Assembly: GCA_021831595.1 (NCBI GenBank) | Contig: JAKBMK010000025.1 | Location: forward strand, 63,114-127,113 | Length of the DNA stretch: 64,000 nt | Reading direction: 5' to 3' | Source of the DNA: a bacterium | Lineage (GTDB): Bacteria; Patescibacteriota; Minisyncoccia; Phycocordibacterales; UBA9973 | Shown: in pieces, positions 50,688-61,004 of the stretch | Numbering within the stretch: position 1 is the first letter of the stretch | Layout: every line of letters begins with the position of its first letter | Notes under the pieces: model-generated | What the model was told of the DNA's origin: nothing | Seen by the model: the letters and a program-made list of their open reading frames with translations, nothing else | Database searches by the model: none | Position numbers and translations under genes: made by a program

Positions 50688-52070
50688 ATGGCACTAAACA
50701 AACCAAACAAAATTCAAATAATCAAATATGCTCCGCCACCACCAGATCTCCCAACTCTGGGTCGTGTTGATCCGAGCGATGTTGTTTTTATCGGGCGTAC
50801 TAATTATGTAGCTTCTCTTGAAGAGAAGAGATTTGTCTTTGGTATCAAGCGTATAGATCGTAGGCGCCACATGTATATAATAGGCAAGTCTGGTATAGGC
50901 AAGTCTAAACTTCAAGAATTAATGATTCGCCAAGATATCGCTTATGGTCATGGTGTTTGCGTTATAGACCCTCATGGAGAACTCATAGAAGATATATTGA
51001 ATTTTATTCCAGAAGACAGGATTAACGATGTTTGTATAATAGACCCAGGAGATGTTGAATATCCTTCATCTTTTAATTTACTATCAAATATAGACTCAAC
51101 GTTCAAGCATCAGCTAACACAAGGACTCATAGAAGTTTTACGAAAACAGTTTGGTTCAAACTGGACCCCGCGATTGGAACACGTTTTCCGTTTTACCGTA
51201 TTAGCCTTACTCGACTATCCTGATGCTACTATGCGTGGAATGATTTCTATGCTTACTGATCGTAATTATCGTCAGAAGGTAGTGGAATATATAGAGGACG
51301 ATATGGTCAAGAGATTCTGGGCTGTCGAATTCGCTGATTGGTCTGAGAAATTTGATACTGATGCAATTATCCCTTTGGTCAACAAGCTTGGGCAGTTCCT
51401 TTCTGATCCGATGCTTCGAAATATTTTTGGACAAAAAGAAAACAAAATAGATTTAGAAAAAATAATGAATGAACAAAAAATTCTTTTAATTAATCTTTCG
51501 AAAGGGAAGATTGGCGAGGAGAATTCTTCTTTCCTTGGATCAATGATTCTAACAAAGATAAAACAAGCAGGAATGGCTCGTGCTAAAAGTGAATCTAAAG
51601 ATCTTGTGGATTTCTATCTATATATAGATGAATTCCACAATATAGTGACCGATACTTTTGAAAATATTTTATTAGAAGCTCGTAAATACGGGATCAATCT
51701 TATTATTGCTCACCAGTACATGGCACAACTTCTACCTAAAATTCAACAATCAGTACTTGGGAATGTGGGCTCGATAGTCACATTTAGAGTTGGAGGGGAT
51801 GATGCCACAAAACTAAAACCAGAGTTTGCTCCAGTTTTTGATGTCAAAGACATGATTAATCTTGGTGTAGGTGAATTTTATCTGAAGATGACAATAGACG
51901 GAGAAAGCTATGATCCATTCTCTGGTGAGACTCTTCGTGTTCTTCCTGCAACTCATCCTTCTTATAAAGATAAAGTAGTAGCAGCCTCACGTAGCAAATA
52001 TTCTATAAAAGCAGAAGAAGCCACTAGATTAATCGCCGAAGAAGAATCTAATAGTATCAAGAATTCTTAG
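50688..52070 (+). CDS. TrwB/VirD4/HerA-like P-loop ATPase, paralogue 1
   Basis: RRHMYIIGKSGIGKS, IDPHGE, FYLYIDEF, EARKY. Confidence 0.85.
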   Translation: MALNKPNKIQIIKYAPPPPDLPTLGRVDPSDVVFIGRTNYVASLEEKRFVFGIKRIDRRRHMYIIGKSGIGKSKLQELMIRQDIAYGHGVCVIDPHGELIEDILNFIPEDRINDVCIIDPGDVEYPSSFNLLSNIDSTFKHQLTQGLIEVLRKQFGSNWTPRLEHVFRFTVLALLDYPDATMRGMISMLTDRNYRQKVVEYIEDDMVKRFWAVEFADWSEKFDTDAIIPLVNKLGQFLSDPMLRNIFGQKENKIDLEKIMNEQKILLINLSKGKIGEENSSFLGSMILTKIKQAGMARAKSESKDLVDFYLYIDEFHNIVTDTFENILLEARKYGINLIIAHQYMAQLLPKIQQSVLGNVGSIVTFRVGGDDATKLKPEFAPVFDVKDMINLGVGEFYLKMTIDGESYDPFSGETLRVLPATHPSYKDKVVAASRSKYSIKAEEATRLIAEEESNSIKNS

Positions 52071-52199
52071 ATATATTTTAATATTTGAGGAAATAAAAAT
52101 TTATTGAGCTTAAGTCTCTCTTTGGCTTTTCTATTTACAAAACGGCTAAAGATAGTAGAATTATGGGGTAGGTCGTTTAATTAATTTTCTCATATATTT

Positions 52200-52505
52200 A
52201 TGGTATTTATATACACAACATGTGAAAATATGGACGAAGCAAAGAAGCTTGGAAGCCTTATTATTGGTAAGAAAATAGCGGCTTGTGTTGACTTTTGGCC
52301 TATCTCATCTTGCTATAACTGGAAAGGGGGTCTTCAGTGTGTAGAACAAGCGATGCTTTTAATTACCACCTTTGAGGCTAAACTAGAAGATGTGAATCAG
52401 ATTATTTCTGAGAATCATACTTATAGTGTTCCTCTTATTGCTGGCGTTGACGTTCGTCGTATAAATCATCCATATAAGGAGTGGATGATGAAGGAGATTA
52501 TATAA
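52200..52505 (+). CDS. cutA: divalent cation tolerance protein CutA
   Basis: YTTC, IAACV, Y.WKG, HTYSVP motifs. Confidence 0.88.
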   Translation: MVFIYTTCENMDEAKKLGSLIIGKKIAACVDFWPISSCYNWKGGLQCVEQAMLLITTFEAKLEDVNQIISENHTYSVPLIAGVDVRRINHPYKEWMMKEII

Positions 52506-52506
52506 T

Positions 52507-52923
52507 ATGAATTCAAAAAAAATTTTAATCTTTGGAGTATTTGATGGTATACACGAAGGTCACAACCATTTCATAAACGAAGCAAAAACACATGGCAATC
52601 ATCTTGTGGCTATTGTCGCACGTGATAGTATTGTAGAAAAAATCAAAGGCAAAGTTCCAGTAGAAAATGAAGTTGAACGAATCAAAAATCTTTTAGAAAA
52701 TAAAGAGGTTGATTTAGTGCTATTAGGTGATGCAGAATTGGGCACTTATAATGTACTGAGGGAAGTAGCACCAGATCTTATATTTCTAGGTTATGACCAG
52801 AATGAACTACATAAAGATTTGAAAAATAAAATGAAAAGTGGATATTTAAAAGAAGTAGAGATAAAAGTAGGAGCTCCTTATAAGGGAGATGAATTACATT
52901 CTTCAATTTTAAACAAAAAATAA
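52507..52923 (+). CDS. HxGH nucleotidyltransferase (cytidylyltransferase/RibL-like)
   Basis: FGVFDGIHEGH, VARD, LGYDQ, HSS. Confidence 0.85.
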   Translation: MNSKKILIFGVFDGIHEGHNHFINEAKTHGNHLVAIVARDSIVEKIKGKVPVENEVERIKNLLENKEVDLVLLGDAELGTYNVLREVAPDLIFLGYDQNELHKDLKNKMKSGYLKEVEIKVGAPYKGDELHSSILNKK

Positions 52924-52949
52924 CAGGGCCAATGCTAGCCCTGTATTTT

Positions 52950-53543
52950 TTATTCTCGCCATTTACGCAGTAATGGAATTATCGTAATAGAGGTTATGAT
53001 AACCTCGCTCAGAGAATAGCCAACTTCTGGCCAGCTCCAATCTTTTGCGTCACAAGTTGCAATAATACTAGCAGCTAGAAAAAATGAGTATCCTACTAAA
53101 TTATATTTTGCAACAGGATTCAGAAATGTTTTTATTGCTAAGTAAATTCCCACTATAGATTCAGATACAACTCCTAAAACTACAGCTTCGTAGGGGCCTT
53201 CTATGACCCAAGCTCCACCACTTATCATGATGAGGATGATTATCATAACCTCCAACCATTTTAAGGTGTTTCTTTTTTGATATAGAAGAATGATAAACAT
53301 CAAGAATGAGCAGATAGCAGACCCGAATAATATTTGATATCCACCACCACCCTTTTTCAAACTAGCTTCTATCGTAGCAAACATGAGAATTGTATCTAAT
53401 AGGAAATACAAGAACCATGTCAAAGCTACCTGGCTTTCATCATTCTTTGTTTTAAGAATTCCTTTGATAAGGAATCCAAAAGAAGTAATTGTCAGTCAGA
53501 AAATAGTCCAGTCAACTAATGACATTTCTAAAATTGTTTTCAT
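52950..53543 (-). pseudogene. multi-TM membrane protein interrupted by one in-frame TGA (pseudogene or readthrough)
   Basis: ATG 53543 reads MKTILEMSLVDWTIF*LTITSFGFLIKG... in frame with the 52950-53423 ORF; TGA at 53496-53498. Confidence 0.6.
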
Positions 53544-53659
53544 GGTACAAAATTTAATGATTATTCATATAAACGATAATCCTATAAGTATAGATTGTCA
53601 ATATTATAGTATTTAACCCTTTTTTATTTGAAAGATTTAGGGTACAATAGGATTAATAT

Positions 53660-55747
53660 ATGGAAAATGAAATTCCACACAATAGGGACATAACTTATTT
53701 TGCTAAGACGAACTTTCGTAGTAGTAATGCTATTTTTGGCATAAAAAGAAAGGACCGCCGCCAGCATATGTATGTTCTCGGGAAATCAGGTACTGGTAAA
53801 TCTGTACTTCTCTCTAACCTTATTGTTCAAAATATTCAAAATGGAGAAGGTGTCTGTGTTGTTGACCCGCACGGTGAACTTGTAGAAGAAATTCTTCATC
53901 TTATTCCTGATCATAGAGCTAAAGATGTTATCTACTTTAATCCAGCCGATACAGACTTTCATATTGGGTTCAATGTTATTCAACTCGATGATCCAAAGTA
54001 CAAACACTTGGTGGCTTCAGGCCTCATGGGAATCTTTACAAAGATTTGGGCTAACGCTTGGAGTTCTCGTATGGAGTACATTTTGAACAACGCTATTCTT
54101 GCCTTGCTTGATACACCAGGGACGACTCTTCTAGGAATCCCTCGTCTTCTTGTCGACAAGGATTATCGTCAGATGATAATAGGTAACTTGAAGGATCCTG
54201 TGGTCAAAGCTTTCTGGGTACATGAGTATGAGCAATGGCGTGAGCAATTCAGAAATGAAGCTATCGCTCCTATTCAGAACAAGGTTGGTCAATTCCTTTC
54301 AACTTCTATTATTCGTAATGTTGTTGGTCAACCAAAATCCACCATTGATATCTTCAAAATAATGAACGAAGGAAAAATTTTCCTTGTGAATGTTTCAAAA
54401 GGACGTATTGGTGAGGATAACTCTGCACTTCTTGGAGGTATGATTATTACGAAGATTCAGCTTGCTGCCATGGAACGTGTGCGTATACCTGAAGAAGAAA
54501 GAAAAGACTTTTATCTATATGTCGACGAATTCCAAAATTTTGCAACTGACTCTTTTGCCAATATTCTTTCTGAAGCTCGAAAGTATCGTCTGAACCTTAC
54601 TGTTGCTCACCAGTACACAGCTCAGCTTGAAAACAAAGATGGTTCTAAAGTTCGCGATGCTGTCTTTGGTAACGTGGGGACAATGATTATATTCAGGGTT
54701 GGAGCTGATGATGCAGATTTCTTGGAAAAAGAATTTGAACCGGAATTTATGGCTCAGGATTTAGTTAATTTGCCGAACTACAATGTCTATCTAAAACTTA
54801 TGATTGATGGTGTAACTAGTCGACCTTTTTCTGCTATTACTTTGCCGCCAATAAAAGTTGATGCGACTTCGGGCGTGAAAGATAAAATTATCGAATCATC
54901 TCGTAAGCTTTATACTCGTTCTAGAAAAGAAGTAGAGGATGATATTGCCAAATGGAGTGGAATGCTTCAAATAGGAGAGGGCGAAGCTAAATACAAGGCT
55001 GATTGTTCTAACTGTAAGAAAAGTACGATGGTTCCTTTTGAACCAAAAGATGGTCGTCCTGTCTATTGCAAAGAATGTATGTTTAAAATCAAGAATGGTG
55101 AATTGAAGCCTGAAAGTGGATTTATCGCTTCGCGATCTTCTCGCCAAGAAGAAAAAGCTTCTACTGCACCACTTGCAGCTCTTGGTATTGAATTTGGAGT
55201 TACAGATAATGATTTTAGAATCTCAAAAAATCACGATCAAGTTAAATCTTCCAACGGTAACCACAATCACAATCATAATAGTCATAACCACAATAACCAT
55301 TCTGTAAAAAATGACAAGAAACATGCAGGCCCCTCACCACTTCTCAAGGGATTACTTGAAAAGATAGGTATAAACAACAGGGGAAGTATTTCGACAGATA
55401 AGATAGAGGCAAAGGAAGTAAAGAAAGAAGTTCCAGCTCCTATCTCTCTTTCTTCTCTTAAAAAAGATACACATGATAATCATAAAGTTGATCATACAAT
55501 TCCAACAAAAGAAGCTTCAGATGAGAAGAAAGCTTCATTGAAAGATTTACTTACAAAAACAGCGCATAATCATAATCATGAGATTAAAGAAGAAAAAACT
55601 CCAATAGTTAAAACCGAAGAGAAGGACCCTGAATCAAAAGTTATTACACCACAGGAACCAGATACAAAAACCAATACTGATTCTTGGCAAAAGCATAAAA
55701 CAAAGAAAGAAGTTCCTGAGGATGTACTCCGTAAAGTCTTAGAATAA
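53660..55747 (+). CDS. TrwB/VirD4/HerA-like ATPase, paralogue 2, with CxxC-x17-CxxC Zn ribbon and low-complexity tail
   Basis: GKSGTGKS, VDPHGE, YVDEFQNF, EARKYRL; CSNC...PVYCKEC; His/Asn-rich tract. Confidence 0.85.
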   Translation: MENEIPHNRDITYFAKTNFRSSNAIFGIKRKDRRQHMYVLGKSGTGKSVLLSNLIVQNIQNGEGVCVVDPHGELVEEILHLIPDHRAKDVIYFNPADTDFHIGFNVIQLDDPKYKHLVASGLMGIFTKIWANAWSSRMEYILNNAILALLDTPGTTLLGIPRLLVDKDYRQMIIGNLKDPVVKAFWVHEYEQWREQFRNEAIAPIQNKVGQFLSTSIIRNVVGQPKSTIDIFKIMNEGKIFLVNVSKGRIGEDNSALLGGMIITKIQLAAMERVRIPEEERKDFYLYVDEFQNFATDSFANILSEARKYRLNLTVAHQYTAQLENKDGSKVRDAVFGNVGTMIIFRVGADDADFLEKEFEPEFMAQDLVNLPNYNVYLKLMIDGVTSRPFSAITLPPIKVDATSGVKDKIIESSRKLYTRSRKEVEDDIAKWSGMLQIGEGEAKYKADCSNCKKSTMVPFEPKDGRPVYCKECMFKIKNGELKPESGFIASRSSRQEEKASTAPLAALGIEFGVTDNDFRISKNHDQVKSSNGNHNHNHNSHNHNNHSVKNDKKHAGPSPLLKGLLEKIGINNRGSISTDKIEAKEVKKEVPAPISLSSLKKDTHDNHKVDHTIPTKEASDEKKASLKDLLTKTAHNHNHEIKEEKTPIVKTEEKDPESKVITPQEPDTKTNTDSWQKHKTKKEVPEDVLRKVLE

Positions 55748-55751
55748 TTTT

Positions 55752-57191
55752 ATGATTAACTTTTTTAAAAAACACTTTTATATTTTCACTATAATTGTGT
55801 TTTTTATTTTTGGAGTTTTTAGATTTGCTAATGCGGAGGTGGTTTTTAGCGAAATCGCATGGATGGGTAATTCTGAAAATATAAATGCTGAGTGGTTTGA
55901 GATATATAATAATGGAGAATCTGAAATTGATTTATCAGATTGGTCAATTTCTGGGCTTTTATCTTTTGAAATTCCTTCTGGAAAAACTATCCCTGCTGGC
56001 AAATATTTTATTTTTGGTAGACAGCCAGTAAGTGGGGTTTATACTTATATACCAAATTTTACACCTGATTTAATATATAAAGGAGCACTCAGTAACTCTG
56101 GAGGAACTTTAAACTTAAATGATAAAAATGGCAATCAAAAAAGTAGTGTAACTTATGATGGCAAAATAGGCGATAATGAAACAAAGGAAACGATGCAGTG
56201 GGATGGTAGCAAGTGGTTTACTGCTTCGCCAACTCCAGGAGGAGGAAGTATTTCTAATAATACCGAAAAAGTACAAGATAATAATATTGGTGCAGAGAAT
56301 AATACTTCAAACATATCAACTTCAAGTTCCAGCAATGAAAAATCTCAAGTAGAATATAAAATAGCTACCAAAATTATTTCTCCGAAAATAGTTACTGCTG
56401 GAGTGCCTTTTGATGTGGATCATAATACTACAGGGCTCAAGAAAGAGAAGATAATTTTAGGAAAATTTATTTGGAACTTTGGAGATGGTAGACAAAAACA
56501 ATTATCGGTATCAGATCCATTTATTTATGTTTACGATTATCCAGGAGAATATGTTTTAACTCTTTCGTATTATGATTCTAATTTTGATACAAAACCAGAT
56601 GCGACGGATAGAGTGACGATAAAGGTCGTTCCTTCAGGGGTTGTTATAAGTTCAGTGGGGACATCTTCAGACCCGTATGTAGAAGTAGAAAATAAATCTG
56701 GGTATGAGATGCTACTTTCTGGGTGGGTATTAAAGGGAAGTGCACATTCTTTCGTTGTCCCAGATGGTATGATTCTTCTTCCAAACAAGAAATTAAAATT
56801 GTCTCCCAAAATTACTGGTTTTGACTTTAATGATTTGAATTTTATTGAGATTGTAGATCAACAAGGGCAAGTATTTACAACTTATCCAAACAAGAAGACA
56901 AATATCTATAGATATTCTGAAAATAAAAATATAGATGAGAACGTAATTAAAAGTAATTATATAGAAAATAAGGAGATAAAAGAAGGGAAGGAAATTATAA
57001 ACTTGAATGATCTTTCAGCTAGTGTTGGTGGAGCAGATAGTGGTTTATACAATAAAACTTTAATATACTTTGGCCTTGCAGGAATAATAATAATTGGGGT
57101 CTTAAGCATAATTTTCATTCGCAAGAAAACTGATTACCCAGACTATATCGAGAAAGAAATTTCTGTGGGTGATATGACGATTATAGAATAA
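55752..57191 (+). CDS. surface protein with lamin-tail and PKD domains
   Basis: VFSEIAW...EWFEIYN...IDLSDW (LTD), WNFGDG...YPGEY (PKD), second LTD, C-terminal TM helix. Confidence 0.75.
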   Translation: MINFFKKHFYIFTIIVFFIFGVFRFANAEVVFSEIAWMGNSENINAEWFEIYNNGESEIDLSDWSISGLLSFEIPSGKTIPAGKYFIFGRQPVSGVYTYIPNFTPDLIYKGALSNSGGTLNLNDKNGNQKSSVTYDGKIGDNETKETMQWDGSKWFTASPTPGGGSISNNTEKVQDNNIGAENNTSNISTSSSSNEKSQVEYKIATKIISPKIVTAGVPFDVDHNTTGLKKEKIILGKFIWNFGDGRQKQLSVSDPFIYVYDYPGEYVLTLSYYDSNFDTKPDATDRVTIKVVPSGVVISSVGTSSDPYVEVENKSGYEMLLSGWVLKGSAHSFVVPDGMILLPNKKLKLSPKITGFDFNDLNFIEIVDQQGQVFTTYPNKKTNIYRYSENKNIDENVIKSNYIENKEIKEGKEIINLNDLSASVGGADSGLYNKTLIYFGLAGIIIIGVLSIIFIRKKTDYPDYIEKEISVGDMTIIE

Positions 57192-57209
57192 TCTGCTATA
57201 CTCAAGAAC

Positions 57210-57980
57210 ATGAATAATAAGAATAAAAAAGATACTTCATGGAATAGTGTGGCGAGCTGGTATGATGAATTGCTTAAGGAGGACGATAGCTATCAAGCAA
57301 AAGTTGTACTTCCAAATTTGCTTCGTGTGCTTGATTTAAAAAAAGGGGAGAAAGTTTACGATCTTGCTTGTGGGCAAGGATACTTCGCAAATGTTTTTGC
57401 GCATATGGGAGCAGAAGTTACTGCTTCTGATCTTTCTAAGAATCTTATAGAAACTGCAAAGAAAAATTCAAAAGAGAAAGTTAATTTCTATATAACTCCT
57501 GCACATAGAGCGCAATTCTTGAAAGATAATACTATTGATACTATTGTGATTGTTTTGGCGGTTCAAAACATAGAGAATGTAAATGAAGTACTAGTAGAAT
57601 GTAAAAGAGTATTGAAAAAGGAAGGAAGGATAGTTCTGGTACTTAATCATCCAGCATTTAGAATTCCGCAAGCAAGCGATTGGTACTTTGCAGATGGGGT
57701 GCAGTCTCGTATTATCAGCCAGTATCTTTCTCCTTCAAAGATTTATATAGACATGACTCCAGGAGAGAAGAATCCAAAGAAAAAGATAAAAACAATTTCT
57801 TTCCATCGTTCACTTCAGGACTATATGAAAGTCTTTTCCAAGAATGGATTTGCTATTACACGTCTCGAAGAGTGGATTTCGCACAAGCAAAGCGGTGCAG
57901 GTCCCAGACAGCTTGCCGAAGACAAAGCCCGCAAAGAAATACCAATGTTTATGTGTGTGGAAATTAAAAAATTAGGATAA
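57210..57980 (+). CDS. class I SAM-dependent methyltransferase
   Basis: YDLACGQG motif I, RVLKKEG. Confidence 0.88.
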   Translation: MNNKNKKDTSWNSVASWYDELLKEDDSYQAKVVLPNLLRVLDLKKGEKVYDLACGQGYFANVFAHMGAEVTASDLSKNLIETAKKNSKEKVNFYITPAHRAQFLKDNTIDTIVIVLAVQNIENVNEVLVECKRVLKKEGRIVLVLNHPAFRIPQASDWYFADGVQSRIISQYLSPSKIYIDMTPGEKNPKKKIKTISFHRSLQDYMKVFSKNGFAITRLEEWISHKQSGAGPRQLAEDKARKEIPMFMCVEIKKLG

Positions 57981-58553
57981 TTTTTCTAGTGCTTTTGGAA
58001 TTTTGTTGAAATCTTTTATGAGAGTTTCTCTCATTCCGCCATTATATAAAGCAGCAGCTGGATGATAGAGAGGGAGAAAGGCTTGCTTTTTCTCAAGTTC
58101 GGGGATATTTTTTAAAAGTAATTTTCCGTGTATCTCGGAAATTTTTTCCGTAGGGAAGAATCTCGTCATAGAATGTCTGCCTAGAAAGACGATTAATTTG
58201 GGGTTTATTATTTTGAGTTCATTTATGAGCCACTCATTACAATCTTCCTTTTCTTTTGGCTCTGGATCGCGATTGTTTGGCGGGCGGTATTTTACAATGT
58301 TTGTGATGTATATATCTTCACGCTTTCGTCCTATTCCTTCGAGCATTTCGTTTAAAAATTTACCTGCTGCACCGATAAAAGGCTTGCCTCCCGCGTCTTC
58401 ATTTTTGCCTGGGGCTTCGCCAATGAAGACTATCTCTGCTTCGGCATTTCCATCACCAAAAACTGCTTGTTTTGCTGTCTTGCGAAGTTCACACTGGCAA
58501 TTCTCTTGCCAATACTTATTAAGCTCATCCAATTGTTCTCTTTTTGAAGCCAT
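57972..58553 (-). CDS. uracil-DNA glycosylase family 4
   Basis: IGEAPG, PFIGAAG, RPPNNR, YHPAA. Confidence 0.93.
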   Translation of the reverse strand: MASKREQLDELNKYWQENCQCELRKTAKQAVFGDGNAEAEIVFIGEAPGKNEDAGGKPFIGAAGKFLNEMLEGIGRKREDIYITNIVKYRPPNNRDPEPKEKEDCNEWLINELKIINPKLIVFLGRHSMTRFFPTEKISEIHGKLLLKNIPELEKKQAFLPLYHPAAALYNGGMRETLIKDFNKIPKALEKLS

Positions 58554-58598
58554 TTGATTATTATAGTACAGAATTCTACTATTTGGTATAATCAGATT

Positions 58599-58835
58599 AT
58601 GAAAAAATATATTACAGAAATTGTTGGATGGTATGGAGTTGTAGCAATATTATCTGCATATGCTTTGATGAGTTTAGGTATTTTATCTTCTCATAATATC
58701 TATTATCAATTATTAAACTTATCTGGGGCATTAGGTATTGTTTATGATTCATTTAAAGACAAGGATTATCAACCAGTTGTTCTAAACATTATCTGGGCTG
58801 TGATTGCACTAATAGCAATAGTTAATATTATATAA
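58599..58835 (+). CDS. small 3-TM membrane protein (CBU_0592-like)
   Basis: GWYG..AILSAY, YQLLNLSG, LNIIW pattern. Confidence 0.65.
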   Translation: MKKYITEIVGWYGVVAILSAYALMSLGILSSHNIYYQLLNLSGALGIVYDSFKDKDYQPVVLNIIWAVIALIAIVNII

Positions 58836-58842
58836 ATGATAC

Positions 58843-59406
58843 ATGGAAACAAAATATAAAAGTTCAAAATTTGCTACATATTCTCAATATATTGCTGCAC
58901 CAATAATAGTAGGAACTCTTTTATATTATTTATATCTACTTTTTATAGGAGTAAATCTCACAGAAGAAGAATTATTCTTTTTCCCATTTTGGTTTTGGGC
59001 TTCAATCGTGGTAATTATAAATTCTATTAAATTAAGATATGTAAATATAACAGAAAATAATATTTTAATGAAATCTTTGTTAGAGAAAGAGATTCTTTTG
59101 TATAAAGACATAGAATGGATTAATCAAAACATTTTTGGTTCAAACTGGTATATCATTACTATAAAATATAAGGATATTAAAAAAGGAAAATCAAAAATTA
59201 TCTTTGTTTTTCCTGAAATGTATATAGCAAGAGAAAACCTTTCTTTTTATAAAGAGCTTAATATGACAAAATACATAAGAGAGCAAATACTCAAAGTAAA
59301 TACATCTTATCGGGTAGAGGACGAGCCTTCTCGCTGGTATTTAACTAAGTGGATATTTTTATCTTTTTTGCCATTTATTATTATTTCATTTCTGTTAATT
59401 GTTTAA
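58843..59406 (+). CDS. hypothetical membrane protein
   Basis: AT-rich 187-aa ORF with three hydrophobic segments. Confidence 0.55.
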   Translation: METKYKSSKFATYSQYIAAPIIVGTLLYYLYLLFIGVNLTEEELFFFPFWFWASIVVIINSIKLRYVNITENNILMKSLLEKEILLYKDIEWINQNIFGSNWYIITIKYKDIKKGKSKIIFVFPEMYIARENLSFYKELNMTKYIREQILKVNTSYRVEDEPSRWYLTKWIFLSFLPFIIISFLLIV

Positions 59407-59410
59407 ACGA

Positions 59411-59442
59411 AAAACTGCACAAGCAAGACCTGTGCAGTTTTT
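59411..59442. terminator. bidirectional terminator
   Basis: AAAACTGCACA...TGTGCAGTTTT between convergent genes. Confidence 0.7.
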
Positions 59443-59453
59443 AATTTGGGTAG

Positions 59454-60962
59454 CTATTTCAATATTTTTATATCTGCTCCAATTTTGTTTAGACGTTCGG
59501 CGATTTCTTCATATCCGCGATTGATCATGTAGACATTGCGAAGGATAGAAGTACCATTTGCTCCGAGCATGCCAATAAGAATTATCATGGCCGGACGGAG
59601 AGCTGGAGGGCAGACAACTTGAGCTGGCTTTAATGTTGTGCCGCCCTGGATATAAACTCTGTGTGGGTCGGCGAGGGTGATGCTTGCTCCTAAACGATTA
59701 AGCTCGGTAAAATATATTGCACGATTCTCATATACCCAGTCATGGATCATTGTCTGACCTTTAGCTTTTATGGCGATAGGTACGAAGAACGGAAGATTAT
59801 CCATATTTATACCAGGATATGGGAGAGCATGAATTTTATCTTCTAATGCTGTGAGTTTTGATGGGAGGATTTTGATATCCACTAGGTTTGTCCTACCATT
59901 ATATGATTTGTAGATTTTAGATAATTTATATTTAAGTCCCATTCTCTTCAATTTTTCAAGTTCTAGTGAAAGGAAGTCGATAGGCGAGCGGGTAATAGTG
60001 AGCTCTGAGTCTGTAGTTATAGCAGCCGATATGAACATCATAGATTCGATAGGGTCCTCACTATTCGTATACTCAACATCTATATTGATATCTTTCACTC
60101 CATGGATGATAAGTGTACTTGTGCCTATACCATCAATTTTCACACCAAGCTTTTCAAGGAAAAAGCAGATTTCTTGCACCATGTAGTTGGCACTTGCAAA
60201 TCTGATAGTTGTTGTGTCGTTTATTCTTGCTACTGCAGTGAGTATATTTTCGCAGGCTGTATCTCCAGCTTCGTACATGACAATGTCAGCTCCCTTTAAT
60301 TTTTTACTTTCTATTTGATAGGCACTATTTGTTGTTTTGATCTTTACCCCTAAATCCTCTAGTGCATAAGTATGAGCAGAAATAGTACGCTTACCAAGCT
60401 TACACCCAGAAGCATGAGGGATCGAAAATGAAGGCAAGAGATGAATAAGTGGGCCAATAAGCATTATGACTGAGCGGGTCTTGATTGCAGATTCGACATT
60501 TATCTTATCCATTTTAAACTCTTTAGGTGGAGTTATTATCAAAGAGTTTTTATCAATCCACTTCACAGAAACGCCGATACTTTCTATTATTTCTATGACT
60601 CTGTTTACTTCTTCGATACGAGCGATACCATGGAGAGTTGTCTTGCCACGATTGAGCAGGGAAGCGCATAGGAGTCCTACTGCTCCATTTTTAGAGAAGT
60701 TGGTGGCTATACTTCCATGCAATTTCTTGCCACCATTTATCTGGAAATCGATGGAATTATTTATTGATACTATCTGGTGTTCGAGCACTTCACTTATCTT
60801 GCTTAATATCTCAGTACTGAAATTCTGTTCACCTTTCTCCATTCTTGCGACAGCTGATTGCGACGTCTCAAGTGCCTTAGCGAAAGAGTCTTGGGTCATT
60901 CCTCTGCGTTCACGAAGTTCCTTTATAAAAATACCTATTTTTTGTTGATCTGTTTGTTTCAT
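59454..60962 (-). CDS. murA: UDP-GlcNAc 1-carboxyvinyltransferase with N-terminal XRE HTH
   Basis: IKELRERRGMTQ...SQSAVARMEKG HTH, then SKNG, GCKLGKR (catalytic Cys), PYPG, RGYE. Confidence 0.92.
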   Translation of the reverse strand: MKQTDQQKIGIFIKELRERRGMTQDSFAKALETSQSAVARMEKGEQNFSTEILSKISEVLEHQIVSINNSIDFQINGGKKLHGSIATNFSKNGAVGLLCASLLNRGKTTLHGIARIEEVNRVIEIIESIGVSVKWIDKNSLIITPPKEFKMDKINVESAIKTRSVIMLIGPLIHLLPSFSIPHASGCKLGKRTISAHTYALEDLGVKIKTTNSAYQIESKKLKGADIVMYEAGDTACENILTAVARINDTTTIRFASANYMVQEICFFLEKLGVKIDGIGTSTLIIHGVKDINIDVEYTNSEDPIESMMFISAAITTDSELTITRSPIDFLSLELEKLKRMGLKYKLSKIYKSYNGRTNLVDIKILPSKLTALEDKIHALPYPGINMDNLPFFVPIAIKAKGQTMIHDWVYENRAIYFTELNRLGASITLADPHRVYIQGGTTLKPAQVVCPPALRPAMIILIGMLGANGTSILRNVYMINRGYEEIAERLNKIGADIKILK

Positions 60963-60973
60963 ACTAGTCATTA

Positions 60974-60991
60974 TATATCATATATGATATA
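60974..60991. promoter_or_regulatory. perfect 18-bp palindrome over the divergent murA/murB -10 boxes (candidate operator)
   Basis: TATATCATATATGATATA; TATAAT boxes at 60970-60975 (-) and 60988-60993 (+). Confidence 0.55.
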
Positions 60992-61004
60992 ATAGCAAAT
61001 AGTT

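Noticed and set aside
53496-53498. Selenocysteine codon
   Set aside because: Lies in a hydrophobic helix with no redox motif and no evident SECIS hairpin; no sel genes in the window
55255-55300. CRISPR-like or VNTR repeat (CACAAT/CATAAT units)
   Set aside because: Low-complexity codons for a His/Asn tract inside the ATPase ORF
50688-57191. Integrative conjugative element or prophage
   Set aside because: No integrase, relaxase, VirB channel, phage structural genes or att repeats; neighbours are housekeeping genes
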